DNA of 64,000 nucleotides from Octopus sinensis (GCF_006345805.1 NC_042999.1:126728001-126792000); one strand, 5' to 3'; numbered from the stretch's first letter, positions 25,733 through 39,402 are shown. Translations and numbers: made by a program. Notes: generated from the letters alone by a model not told the origin.

Positions 25733-26289
25733 TGTATGTATGTATGTATGTATGTATGTATGTATTATGTATGTATGTATGTATGTGTATATACATTTAT
25801 GAATTTGTTTTAGAAGATTCTTGATGTGAAATCATGTGTCGAAACAGATATTGTTATATTTTAGGATGGTCATTTCTTTTCTTGCCAAATAAACACATGC
25901 ACTATATATTTGTTCTTCACTTATTTATTATTGTTCTTATTTTATGTCCATTGTCTGGAAATATTTCATCACACATCCTGTGGCCTCTTCACATATAACT
26001 ATTATAGGGTAGCTGGTTTTTTTTTGTTTTTCATTTTAGCAGAGCGTTAGTATTTCTTTGCCTTGACATCACATGATAGTTGTAAATGAGTATCACTGTC
26101 ACACAAGCAGTGTTCTTCATTTCCAGTCTTCCATGAAAACATGTCTGGTCATGGGGAAACATTACCTTACTTGGAAACTGGTGAGGGTTGGCGACAGGAA
26201 GGGCATCTAAGTGTAGAAAATCCACCAGCAAAAGTGGATGTTAAAAATGTAAAAATGATGATAGTTTATGGTACGTTAAAACTTTAATA

Positions 26290-29190
26290 ATTTATATTAG
26301 ATTTTTTTATTTTTTTATTTTTATTTTTATTTATTTTATTTTATTATGTATTTTTATTTTGCATTTGTTATATGTATTTTGAGGATATATTTATATGTAT
26401 TTGGGTGTTATTTAGTGGTGTTTTTATTGAGTTTTGTATGTATGTGTGAATGTTTAAGATCCCTTTGTTTTTTGTTTTTTATTTGTATGTTGAATTGACA
26501 GATTTTATTTGGGTATTGTCTTTTATAATAAAGTACACACCCATAACAATTATAAGTGCCCACTTCATTCGTTGTACTTGGGTTTGCATGTGAGCCTCAG
26601 CATATGCACTTAACGGCCACTCCAGCCCCACATGGATAAATAAACACATACATCCCCTAAAAATAATAAAAAAAAAAAAAATAAAAAAAAAAAAAAAGGG
26701 AGTAATCCCATTCACACCAATTATATGTATACAATTATACACACTTGAATAATACATACTAGCCCTAATATACTGAACATACTAATAATCACCAACTAAC
26801 CACCATCACAAATGAAACCCACACCCATACAATGACAAAACTCCCCCATACCCTATTTACACCTACATAGTAATCCCAATATATTCTTCCATACATGGAC
26901 GCAAGTGCGTGAAGCACATGAACATAATTAGTACGTACAACCCCTAATACACAATAATATATACGTATCAAGCTCGACCTCCACAGTGATAAGTTTACAC
27001 ACAATCACACCCAGATGGGTGAATTGCACAACCAGTGAATGCTCACACATACGGGCGCGATTACATTGTTGCATATATCGAGCCAAAATAGTATGCATAT
27101 GTACATGTGAGGGGTACACGTAAATGAAGTGAGCGTGTACCCCCTGTATTTATACCCGTGCGTGAATATACACATGGAGACTACCACACAGGTACAAATG
27201 TGTTTAGAAATGGGAACCCCACCACTACACTTAATGTATACTCTCACCCATCCGCACGGATGTGTAAGTGTATCTCCGGTGTATATGTTGAGGCTTATAT
27301 GTAGAGTTGTTGAAGGGAACGTCGTTGAAATTGTGAATGAATGGGTAGAGTTGGGAATTGTAACCGGGTGGTGGACTAGTGTTGCTTGAATTGTGAATGG
27401 ATTAGGGTGGTAATGAGGTAGGCATTGAGTATGGGTTACTGTAAGTTGTTTGTTAGAGTTGCTAGGGTGAGCTAAAGCTCATAATGTATATAATTGATTT
27501 TTCATGATAGTTTTTAAAGAATCCATTCATAATAAATTTTTTTTAAGTAGCGTTGGTTTGCTACGTGGAAATAGTTTTTAGTTCCATTTATTATATTTCT
27601 CCATTCATACTATGAATGACGTTTACTTTCTATGGCGCGTATTCTTTTTTTACATTAGTTATTTCCATGGTAACGTAATTTTGTTTGGTTTTTTAACGGC
27701 TAAAAATCTAATTTCACTTCATAATTTGTAACTGAATTGTAAGTATGTATTTGATTTATCCTTATGTCATAATGTTATTTTTGATATTCTGGTTAATTAC
27801 GATGTATTTATTGTTGTTTTCATAAGAGTGTTTATGTATATGAGATTGGTTGTGAGTTTTTAATTGTATAATTAATTTATTTATCTGTATGAGTGTGGGT
27901 GTAAATATTGTTGTATATATCGAGTTTTAGTGAGTATGTATATGCGTATATGTGAGGGAGCATATGTATCTGTTGTGTGTGTGTGTTTTGCGTGTGTGTG
28001 TGTTTTGTGTGTGAATGTGTATTTGGGTTTGTTATTTAGGATTTGGGATGTATGTGTTAATTTGTCTGTGTGGGGAGGGAGTGGTTTTTGGTGTATATTG
28101 AGGTTTATAAGTTAGTATAGGTTTGTGTATAAGTCTTGGGTCTGTGGTTTACGTGTGGGTTTTTTGTGTGTGAATGTTTAGGTTAGGGGGATTGCTATAT
28201 AAGTTTGTTATAGGGTTTAGCAAAGGGAGATTTTATCGTTATATGCTTTTATGAGTTTTGGTTTATCATGGTTTTTTTTAGGTAATTCGTGGTATTTTGT
28301 ATATTTTAGGTGTTGGTTATTTTTTTACATTGTTTCATTCATAATTTTTGAGTGGTGTTCGTTTTGCCACGTGAATAACCGGGTGGTGGACTAGCGTTGC
28401 TTGGAATGTGAATGGAATAGTGTAGTAGTGAGGTAGGCATAGAGAATGGGATTGGGTTACTGCAAGTTGTTTGTTAGAGATGCTAAGGTGAGTTAAAGCT
28501 CATAAATGTATATAATGTTTTTTGTGGGTGTATAAGTTTTGTTGTATATGTCGAGTTTAGTGAGTATGTATAGGCGTATATGTGAGGGAGTATATGTATC
28601 TTTTGTGTGTGAGTGTTTTGCGTGCGAGTGTGTGTTTTGTGTGTGAATGTGTATATGGGTTTGTTATTTAGGTTTTGGGATGTATGTGTTAATTTGTCTG
28701 TGTGGGGAGGGAGTGGGTTTTGGTGTATATTGAGGTTTATAAGTTAGTATAGGTATGTGTATAAGTCGTGAGTTTGTGGTTTACGTGTGTGTATTTGTGT
28801 GTGAATGTTTAGGTTAGGGGGTTTACTTTATAGGTTTGTTATAGAGTTTAGCAAAGGGAGATTTTATCGTTATATGTTTTTAAGAGTTTTGTTTTATCAT
28901 GGTTTTTTTAGGGAATTCGTGGTAATTAGTCTTATATTTTCGATATGGATTATATATAGGTTATATATGGATTATATACTTATATTTTTTCATTTATACT
29001 TTAATTATTTAAAAGTATTATTTTTATATTTTAAAATTTTGATTTTTTAGATTGGAAGTCCACCTGAAGATTGTCGATCAAGACAAGAAACGATTGTAGT
29101 GGCGGTTTTTTTGACTATTTATTAAATTTTATGTATTGATTAAGTCTTTCCTTGTTTGTTTTGCAAAATAGTGGTTTTGTCTCAAATAAT
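26290..29190 (+). mobile_element. Probable Penelope-like (PLE)-derived non-coding element with internal tandem duplication
   Basis: Strong strand-composition skews, a two-copy internal duplication (27361-28375 vs 28376-28924), and a T-rich 3' region containing a hammerhead, then ATTAAA and a (TA)n tail. No RT or GIY-YIG ORF recognised, so the classification rests on the ribozyme. The left boundary is approximate. Confidence 0.55.
29060..29102 (+). ncRNA. Minimal type-I hammerhead ribozyme (PLE type)
   Basis: CCAC-CTGAAGA-TTGTC(gatcaa)GACAA-GAAA-C(gatt)G-TA-GTGG: stem I CCAC/GTGG, intact CUGANGA and GAAA cores, 5-bp stem II, short near-palindromic stem III, GUA cleavage triplet ending at 29098. 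Confidence 0.85.
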
Positions 29191-29334
29191 ATTTTATATA
29201 TATATATATATATACATACATACACTATCATCACTATGTTAGATCCTTCTTTGATGAGATCCTGCCACACAGGTGGATTGGACAAAGTGGTTTCGTTGAA
29301 TACCCTCCATGTTCAGCACACCTCACACCACTAG

Positions 29335-29623
29335 ACTTTTTTTATGGGGATACCTAAAAAGCAGTCTACACTATGAAACCTGCAACAGTCGCTGATTTGA
29401 GAGCAGCCATTGAACAAGAATGCACATAAATACCAATTGAATTGTTTCATGATGTTTGTGATTCTATTGCTTTGCGTTGTCAGCAGTGCCTGGCCCAGAA
29501 CAGATGCCAGTTTGAAAACAGGCATTGACAAAACAATAAAATAATGTCTGAAAATGAAATGTATTTTAATAAACACCTACTTTACAATTATTCAAAGTGT
29601 GTATACAATTTTTGGGACACCCT
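29335..29623 (+). mobile_element. Tc1/mariner (rosa/DD41D-like) 3' end with TIR
   Basis: Frameshifted translation similar to FLWGYLKSQVY...DLRAAIEQEC...RCQQCLAQNRCQFENRH*, followed by TIR CAATTTTTGGGACACCCTG|TA. Confidence 0.75.
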
Positions 29624-29642
29624 GTATATATATATATATAAA

Positions 29643-29674
<32 letters not shown>

Positions 29675-30939
29675 AGGCAAGCTGGCAGAATTGTTAGCAT
29701 GTCGAAGAAAGTATTTAGCAGCATTTCTTCCAGGTCTTTATCTTCTGAGTTCAAATCCTATTGATGTCAACTCTACCTTTTATCCCTTTGGGGTCAAGAA
29801 AATAAAATACCAGTCATGGTGGGGGTGGGCATGTAATCGATTTGTCTCTTCCCCTCAAAATTCCTAGCCTTGAACCAGACCTGCATTACATTGAGGAGGA
29901 ATGTTGTGATCTCAGTCACTTATACACTATGAACCCTGAGTCATTGCCCTTCTGAGTCCTAGGGCTTAAGAAAAATGTGTGTCTGTGTGTGTGTGTGTGT
30001 GTGTGCGCGCATGTGTGAGTGTATACTGAACTGGGGATATGGTAGAAAACTCCTGTTCAAGGTGCCCTGCAACAAGACTGAACCCCAAATCATCATGCAT
30101 GCAAATTTTAGCCAATCAGAGACTAGTTGTCCATGAAGTAGGTTTTGGTGATTTAGAGAAAACACAACAGTTTCATCCAAACTTAGCTGTCATCAACAGC
30201 TATAATGTCTAAGCTTCTCTCTCTCACTCTCTTTTAGTTCTTTTTTGTCTATGCCTTGACAAAATACTGTCTCACAATTTAAAAAAACATGTACTTTATC
30301 TTTTCACAGTCAACCATTATCTGATCACACATGTTTGACTCAGCAACAGAAATTATTCTATTGTTACTAACATTTTCTACTCACATTATCCATCTGACAT
30401 TGTAAAACACAAAAACATGTACGATACATTTTCTATAAAATCTTTGTCTAGAACATTTATTACTTAATTGGCTTATGTACCATCATCATCGTATAACGTC
30501 CACTTTCCATGCTGGCATGGGTAGGACGGTTTGACTGATGTCTGGAAAGCCAGAGGCTGCACTAGGCTTCAATCTAATGTGGCAATGTTTCTACAGTTGG
30601 ATGCTCTTCCGAACGGAAACCACTCCGAGAGTGTAGTGAGTGCTTTTTATGTCCCACCGGCACAGGAGCCAGTCAGGCAGCCCTGGCATTGATCACATTC
30701 AGATAGTGCTTTTTACATGCCACTGGCACAGGAGCCAATCAGGGGACACTGGCATCGACCACGTTTGGCTGGTGTTTTTTACATGCCACCGGCACGGGGA
30801 GCCAGTCAGGCAGACCTGGCATCTTTTTAACTCTGTCTTGATTGATACAGTTATATTCTATGCTGAATTTTTTCCTCTTTTAATCTGTATTCTCAGAACA
30901 TATGCCATTGTGATTATTATTGCATTATTCTTCCAACGT

Positions 30940-31245
30940 GAAGGTGTGTGGCTTAGTGGTTAGAGTATTTGGCTCACAATGGTAATGTGAGTTCAACTCC
31001 TGGTGATGTGTTGAGTTATTTCACATTGCTCTGGTCCACTCAGCTGGCAAAAATAAGTTGTACCTATAATTAAAAGGGCCAGCCTTGTCACACTCTGTAT
31101 CATGCAGAATCTCCCTGAGAACTACATTAAGGGTACATGTGTCTGTGGAGTGCTTAGTCATATGCATGTTAATTTCACAAGCAAGCTGTTCTGTTGATTT
31201 GATCAGCAAGAAACGTCATTGTTGTAACTGATGGAGTGCCAATTA
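30940..31245 (+). mobile_element. tRNA-derived SINE, family D
   Basis: Head GGTGTGTGGCTTAGTGGTTAG...GAGTTCAACTCC; related heads or bodies at 44922-45215(+) and ~52645-52905(-). Confidence 0.6.
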
Positions 31246-31333
31246 TTCTTCCAACAAAACTAAAAGAGGTCTTTTCTAAGTTGGTACGTAGAAAATAAAA
31301 GAAAAATATATTAAAATATATTTATAATTCCAA

Positions 31334-31407
31334 GGTTTGCTTTGCTCCAGTGGCAGATCATCTGTCATATCTACAGGAGATGTGGGTTCAAGTCCCACAG
31401 GGAGCCT
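31334..31407 (+). pseudogene. tRNA-like cloverleaf (pseudo-tRNA or solitary SINE head)
   Basis: Perfect T-arm GTGGG-TTCAAGT-CCCAC; anticodon arm TCTGT-catatct-ACAGG; D-arm GCTC-cagtggca-GATC. The acceptor stem is imperfect and loop position 33 is not U. Confidence 0.55.
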
Positions 31408-33198
31408 TCTATTTTTTCTATTCAAAGATGGTTTTTAACCCAATATGTATAAACTATTATTTATAGCTTTTCTGCTTCAAGATCCACCAGTCCAAGAAAG
31501 AATTATTATATAATTCATTATTGTTGCTACTTGTATGAAAAATAGCCCTTAATTTCCTGCAGATTTTAAAGAATAAAGAAATAGTAAAGGACATTGGTAT
31601 GTAACCGTGAAACTCTGTATTGTGACTGACATATTTTTTAGTGTTATTGATAACATAATAACCATCTTAATGACCAGAATTAGTTTGTGATGTATAACAA
31701 CATTACTTAAATATCATATAATGAGTAATTTAAAAAGAGTGCTTAAAGATAAGGATTGGTTGGAAGTATCACAAAATGATTTCTATTTGCATTATTTCCA
31801 ATTGTTGCATGTTGAATATGCATCTTTGAAATTAGTAATAAGAACCTAAGTTTCATATATTCTGATATGGGGGTTCTGTAGTCTTAGATCAATGATATTA
31901 ACAGTTTGTTGTGTGCTTTTTATTCCAAATTTCACTTTCCAGTAAACAATTTATTTACTTTTGTCCCTTTGTGGTTCAGAAGATGGCTTTGCAACTACTT
32001 TAGTTTTGGGTTCAGTCCTACTAAACAGTACCAAAGGGAAGTGTCTTCTATTGCTGTTCAGGCCAACTAATGTCTTGTTAGTGAATTTGGTTGATGGAAA
32101 CAGTGTGAAAATCTATAGATATGTATACATGTATGTGGTCTGTGTATGTGTGTTTGTGTTTGTCCTTCTCCACCACTTGACAACTGGAGTTAGTTTGTTA
32201 TGTCCCCATAACTTTGTGGTTCAGCAAAAGAGATCAGTAGAATAAGTATCAGGCTTAAAATAATTACTGGGGTTGATTCATTTGACCCTTCAAGGTGGTG
32301 CCCCAGCTTGGCTGAAGTCCAATGACTGAAACTAGTAAAAGGTAAAAGATAATAGATAGGAAATTGACAATATTTGTGTACAGTTGCTTGACCTGCTCAA
32401 AATAGAAGCTGAATCTCCCTCTAATCACACCCTGCCACCTTAAAAACGGATAGATACATTTAATGATGTAGTATAGAGAACACTATGGCTGAAGAAAAAA
32501 AATAGGATGGTTTTGGATGGAATGTCAATAATCATAAGTCTTCTTGATAAAAACCAACAATAACAACAGCACCTTACACATTGGATTCTAAGGAACTGAC
32601 ACAATCATGCAGCTCCTTTCTCAACTGCAACCACTATCAATTATTTTGGGGCTTGATGGATGTGTGTGATCTATTTGATCTATGGTTTCTTCTTCTGCCC
32701 CTCCTTCTTCTTAACAAAGTTCTGCTCCTCAACTTCACCAATTGTGTGATATATCACAGCACACAGCAACTTTAACTAGGGATTAAAACAATTTTATAGA
32801 CACTGTCAACATGATTTTACCTCTTGCTCCCAGATATTGACCACTGTCATATTCAATAATAATTTATTTCAACAAGACACAAAGTTCAGTGCCTATAAAG
32901 ATAGGAAAATTTGAATTTCTGATGTTTATGCATTTCTCTATGACTTTCACAGGATAAAGGAACTGAACTTTGTTCAGTGGAGAACTGAAAGAGAACAGGA
33001 CCTTAGCTTTAATATTTTTCAGAATTTGACACAAGCTTTATATATTTCCTTTTGGATCCCATATTCCCTCTCAATTAATAGCCAGCCCATTTCTTAAAAG
33101 TAGGAAAGCCTGACAATCTAGGAAGGTCTGCCATGTCACAGATACTGTGCTTCTCTAACCATAAAATAGTAAAGAATTTGCTAGGGATATGTTATTTC

Positions 33199-33261
<63 letters not shown>

Positions 33262-36205
33262 CTTCTTTCTTTCTTATATTCCTATAATAATGATAAATTG
33301 AAGTGTTATATAGCCTTCTAATCCAGTATTACTACATTAAAGAGTAATCTTTGGCTCAGGGCTTTTGCCTGAGGTGTTCACCTGTTAGTAAGTCAGTCTT
33401 CATAAACAAGTTAATATCTAAAATAGTGTCAAACTAAAAGAGTTACATTAGAATTAATGCTATATTTCACTTCTTAGCAATTTATAGAACAATTTAATAA
33501 TTGACCAAAAAATAGGTCATGCATGTATATTTCCATGCATCCATTATGAAACAGCAGAGTGAAGTTCCTGGGAAAGGCAGTGAATGATTGAGGGGGGAGT
33601 AACAGTCAGAATAGGACAGAAACCATTAACAAGGAACAGAAAAGGATTAATGCTAGTACCAAAAGTGAGATATGGAAAGAAATAGATAAATAAACAAATA
33701 AAAAATAGCTTCATAGATAGATAAGCAAACACAGAGAAATACCAATGGTGAACTGCAGAATTCCAATGGCAAAAGAATAGCAGAGTGGTTTGTGTCAATT
33801 TTAAAGATAACTGTATGATTCATATCTATATTTATTCAGAAAACATTTCCTTCTTTGTCTCCATATAAAAACTAAAAATTGTAAGCGTGTTCTAATCTCA
33901 TACTAATTTACAAATATAATTTTCTTTAGTCTCTAGTAATGCAGAACTTCTTCATTACAAAATATTTCTTATCAGCCTACTTACTATTGTTTAAATGCAA
34001 ATGTTAACTATTTTAAAAAACCACTGCATATTAAAAACAACATTACCTTATCATTCAGTACATTCATTATGAACAGTTCCCCTCCTCATGAACTGTGTTA
34101 AAATTCCAATGGAATTTCATACAACCCACACATCTTCAATATTACACTATATAGTTCAGAAACAATTTCTTTCTCAGTGCTATGATATCTGAAAACTATT
34201 TCATTTTATTTAGTATTTGTGGTATTCTGTATAGTCAATACACATTTGTAGTTCAATCTAATTATATCATTATCATAATTATTGGGTAGAAATGGCATGG
34301 CAGAAATAGTAAACACCTTACTTACATCTCTTTAGGACTGAAGTAGAAATCTTGTTAATGATGACTTAGACATTAACCCTTGTGTTGTTGATAAAAGTGC
34401 TCCCATTCAAGTACTATGTTTAATAAAATGGACTGTATTCCTCCTTTAAATTGCAGTTTTTAAAAAAAAATTATTGTAAAATATATTTTTGGACAATGTA
34501 AAGACTTATGCCTGTGATCATGAAGCTAGAATCATCATATTCATCATCAATTTATGTCCATCTTCCAAACTGACATGGGTTGAATTATTGGCTCAACGAA
34601 ACCCAACAAGATGGAGGACTGGATTATGTTCCAATGAAGTTGAGTTTTAATGGATAATTAATAAACCAAAGAACTTGTATATTTATAGATACAGGGATCA
34701 TTAAAAAACCAACAACTAAAAAACATGGTGAAATCTAGCATGTTTATTATAACCTGTATGGCACATTGCACAGGCCAGTAAACATATCCATGTTATTGAT
34801 GGGGAAGCTAATAAATTATCTCTAAATAAGGTTCACACCTTTGACAATTACACCTGGATTTTAAAACTGTTGCACTTTAAGGATAGAACAACTCCTCTGA
34901 TTTGTAAACTGAACCAAATAGAAACATTGGATATGCTGCTGGTACATTTTGGACCTATCCTATGGAATTGTTATCCAGTTATGATTTTAGTACACCAGAG
35001 AAAGTAGAGGTGACAGGTTATATTGTTCTTTAGTTTCAGCAAGCATACTTAAAACATTGAATATAGTGTGACTAGACAATAATGTTAGGATTGTTGTTGC
35101 TGTTATTGACCAAACAGAAGAGTGATTAAAAGATATCCCATCTGCTACTGTCCCATCTTTCTAGGAGTACATTATTCAATATAATTTTCATCCTTTAAGT
35201 TGGTAGGGTTTAATTTTAGGAAGATTTTGTTGCTAGTTTTATCAGATCAAGCAATCACACTCTTGTTGGCTTGTTTTATGATTGTCTTAGAAGTTATGCT
35301 TGACATTGCAATCAAACAATCAAACATCATTTGTGTATGGTTGATTTCATCAAATAACCACACACGCAACAGTGAAAATAAATATTCTGAAACCAATATT
35401 GAGCCATTTATCACTAAGGAATTCATCAACAAATTTATCATAAATGCACTTAACTCAATATCTCTGATCATCATGAAAAAATTGAGATAGCTTTTAGGTT
35501 TGCAGTCAATGGTGTGAAGAGATAAAACATGGCTGTCGGCCAGTGAACATGTGTGATATATTGCTTTTTTAGGGGAAAACATTAAAGTTGATTTAAGTGT
35601 GTTTAAGACATACAATTTTAATGAAATCCTTTATGAGTATTGCTTCAATATTAGTTTCAAAATATTTATTTTGACTGTTCTTTATATTGTTTGACCTAAT
35701 CGACCATATAACATTGTGGTGTAATATCAACTTCAACTTCAAAGACTATTTTTCAGTAGTTGATAGTCTCTCTCTCTCTGTTGTTGACAGGCAGATAACT
35801 AAAAGTATTAATTCTTTATTGGCAATTATAATAATCACTGCTGATCTGTTTCTACCTTTACTTTTTTTTTTTGCATCTGAAACCATTAGGAACGAAATGG
35901 TTGAGAGGATAACATATTGATTACAGCCAAGGGTTTATAAGTTCAGATCACATGCCAAGTGGTTTGCTTTGCTTCTGACCAGAAATATCTATTCTATACA
36001 TGCAACAGTTTTTGACTTGATTTGAATAATTAGGTACCAACTTTAGGGAAATATTACCTATGATAAAATATCATTTCAGACAATGAAGGGCATCCAGCTG
36101 TAGAAACTCTGCCAGATCAAGATTGGAGCCTGGTGTAGCCATCTGGTTCGCCAGTCCTCAGTCAAATTGTCCAACCCATGCTGGCATGGTAAGCGGACAT
36201 TAAAC

Positions 36206-36284
<79 letters not shown>

Positions 36285-38329
36285 AAAATTAGTAAAGGAC
36301 AAGAAGTGGAATGGGAAGCCTTCATGACCTTTGCATGCCACTCACAAGACTAGTGAGATTGATGCAGTTGATAATCAATATGAAAGTTGGTAGACTGATG
36401 TCTGAAGGTAAAACTAAGCTGGTTGTTCATTCTGGGGTTCAGGCAAGCTTTTGGTCCACTTAGCAACAAATGTTTTGGTACTAAGGAATAATTTTTTTAA
36501 GACAGGAAACTGATTTTTATTCTCTTTTAAAATTCAAGAATGTGACTGCCAAACTACTCAACTACTCAATTACTAAATCTCATTTAATCAGTTCCTAAAG
36601 GTGACATTTAAACTGCATTTGCTGCACTTAGCTTTGTCTGGTGTACTGTTATAAATGTTGCATTCTTCAGCCATCATTTTAAACTAAATATGATCTATTT
36701 ATGCATAAGATGGCTGAGGAAACATTAGCAAATCATGGCAAATGAAAATTTGTACATAATGGGTTTCTCTACATTTTTAACAAAGCAAAGGTGATAGATT
36801 GTTTAAATTTTAGTGTACTGAGAAAGAAAAAAAAATCAGTGTACAGCAAGACTGCATACCAAAGCTAGAGAGTTGATATTTAAGCTCAACAAACATTTAC
36901 ATAAATCTTCTACTGCACAACTAAAAGTTGCATCGTTTAAAAATTAATGCAAAAAAGAGCAGTAGAAAGTCTTGTGTCTCCAACTATAGTTGTTAGTGGA
37001 TGTCTGAAAAACATAAATCAAGCTGATTTAAATGGGTTAGTGTCATGATCCTTTTTCTATAGGCAGAAGGCCTGAAATTATTGGGGAGGAAGTTGGTAAA
37101 TTACACTGACCCCCAGTACTCAAATGTTACTTATTTTATCAACCCCTAAAGGATGAAAGGCAAAGTTAACCTTGGCAGAATTTGAAGCCAGGACTTAAAC
37201 ATGGATGAAATGCAGTTAAGTGTTTTGCTTGGCATTCTAACATCTCTGCCAGCTTGTTGCTTTGGGTTGGTGTCATAATGGTTATGCCAAAAGGACTGCA
37301 CACAACTGTTTTATTCTGATATTCCAGCAGATTGTAATTAAAGGGCAGTAAGACTGAATGAAGTGTTTAGTGTAGGTTCTGGGAGGTGAATCTCAGAAGA
37401 AAAAGGTGAGAGGTTGAGGGGAAATGTGTGGGTTAGATGTCTCTGTGTGGTGAAGAGTCATATCACAGAAAAGAAGGAGAGAGGACCCACAGCAGTAAAC
37501 GGTTGAAATATTCTAGTGATTGAATATTTGCTGACAAGCTGAATGGCTTTTGGATGTATAGCAGCAGAACTGTTCTAAATATGTAAATAAAAGGCAGCAA
37601 TTTTATCAGAGTTGAAGTATTATTGGTGATGAAGTTTTGGTAATTTTATATTGCATATTTTGAGTTGCTGTGAGACATCATCAGAGGTGGGGAAATCTAA
37701 CATTTGTAGTAACTTTGCTAGTTTTAGTTGTGCTGTTCATGTGGAGAGAGAACCAGGCTTATATATTTAGTTATTGTGTATTCGAGATGTTTGAAGGATT
37801 ATAGGCATGGCTCTATGATTAAGCATGGAACAAGCATGGCTGTGTGGTTAAGATGCTCCCTTTGCAGCAACACAGTTTTGGGTTCAGTCCTACTGAAAAT
37901 CACCTTGAGCAAGTGTCTTCTACAGTAGCCTAAAACTGACCAATGTCTTGTTGCTGAATTTGATAGTTGGAAACTATATGGAAATCCATCATATAGCTAT
38001 ATGTGTATATATATGTGTGTACATACTTTTCTGTTTGTATTTGTCCCTCCACCACTTGAGAACTGGTGTTGGATTATTTATGTCTCAGTGACTTAGCAGT
38101 TCAGAAAAAGAAAGAGTGAGAGAATAAATACCAGATTTGAAAATAAGTACCAGGGTCAATTTATTCAACTAAATCAGTTCAAGGTAGTGTCTTAGCATAG
38201 CCACTGACTAATTACTGAAACAAGTAAAAGATTTATTCAAGTACAATGCAGTCTTGAATATAATGGGTTTCCTACATTTTGTAGCTAAAAAATCAAATTT
38301 ATATTTTATATCTTTTTTTATTCTGTGAC

Positions 38330-38590
38330 GACATTGCAGAATACCACCACGCAAAACTACAATGGGTCAGTCATGTTGCAAGGTTCACAGATGATAGGTG
38401 AACCTGTGCAGTTGTTGAGTGGTACCCGCACAAGTGGCAGAGATGAGTTGGAAGACCTCCAGTCAGCTGGGAAGATGATTTGAGAAAAATATTAGGAGCA
38501 ACATGGATGAGAATGTTGAGAGCATGAGGGGAATGAACTGAATGCTCTGGCTAGCAGAGCTGATTCGATACCAGACAACCTGGTGTTCTT
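38330..38590 (+). mobile_element. Second RTE family 3' end (copy 1)
   Basis: Homologous to 40500-40800, which translates WAGHTTRFTNDQWTCAVVEW*PYERKRPLGRLPIRWEDDL (the RTE WAGH...RP.RW.DD motif). Confidence 0.75.
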
Positions 38591-39187
38591 TTTTAATATA
38601 AATTCAAGCAATACTGCCTCACTAATTTGCATCACAATGTTTTGCTTCAAATTTTGTGTATTTTATATGAGTAAATATGATTGGTTGTCATTTTCTTATT
38701 GAAGGATGTCCTCGTGGTCTCTGTTCATGGATACAGTTTGTGTCTGTTGTGAGGTGTCTAGGAATGTATCTTGTTACAAGTGACAAATAAGTTGTAAATA
38801 TACTGAAAATAAAATGTTGTAGATATTACGGAACCTTAGGATGTATTAGGGTTGATAGTGTGTGGGTCTGAAAGAAAGCCCCTTCAGTAAATATTACAAT
38901 AGTGCCATCTGGTAGAAAACTTATTATCCAAGAAATGGAAGATTTCTTGATGTTGACCACTGGTGGCTACCTAACTTGGAAGTTCAGCCATAAATAGTCA
39001 AAAGACTTGCTGATGTCAAGTGTAACAATGTTGATATTACCAAAGTTCTCAACAGTGAGAGAACATTGAAAAGTTCCACAGGAGAGCAATTCTGCAGAGT
39101 TGCGATTCTATAGAAGCAAAACTGAGCAGGGAGAGGGGTTGTTGTTAGCAATATTTCATCAGTGAAATTGGGAACTAACACACTTAA

Positions 39188-39402
39188 TCCTTTAGTATTT
39201 AAGCCAACCGTATCCAGCCAAAATATTTTATCTGTTTTATGCGGAAACTGATCAGATTTGGCTTCTTACATCTGCTCTACAATGTCACACTAAAAATATA
39301 CAATGATATCTGCAAAATTTAAAAGCTATGAGATAATGTATGATCAGTTTAAAACAATGTGAACAAATAAGCATTTCGCAAAATAATCTGAATACTAAAT
39401 GG
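39188..39402. mobile_element. piggyBac-like MITE (TTAA flanked)
   Basis: TTAA|TCCTTTAGTATT...AATACTAAATGG|TTAA. A related copy at ~63213-63507 carries a 63-bp-period internal duplication (63268-63388). Confidence 0.65.

Noticed and set aside
26290-29050. Mitochondrial insertion (NUMT), suggested by the strand skew
   Set aside because: No recognisable mitochondrial protein, rRNA or tRNA sequence; the duplication and hammerhead fit a retroelement better.
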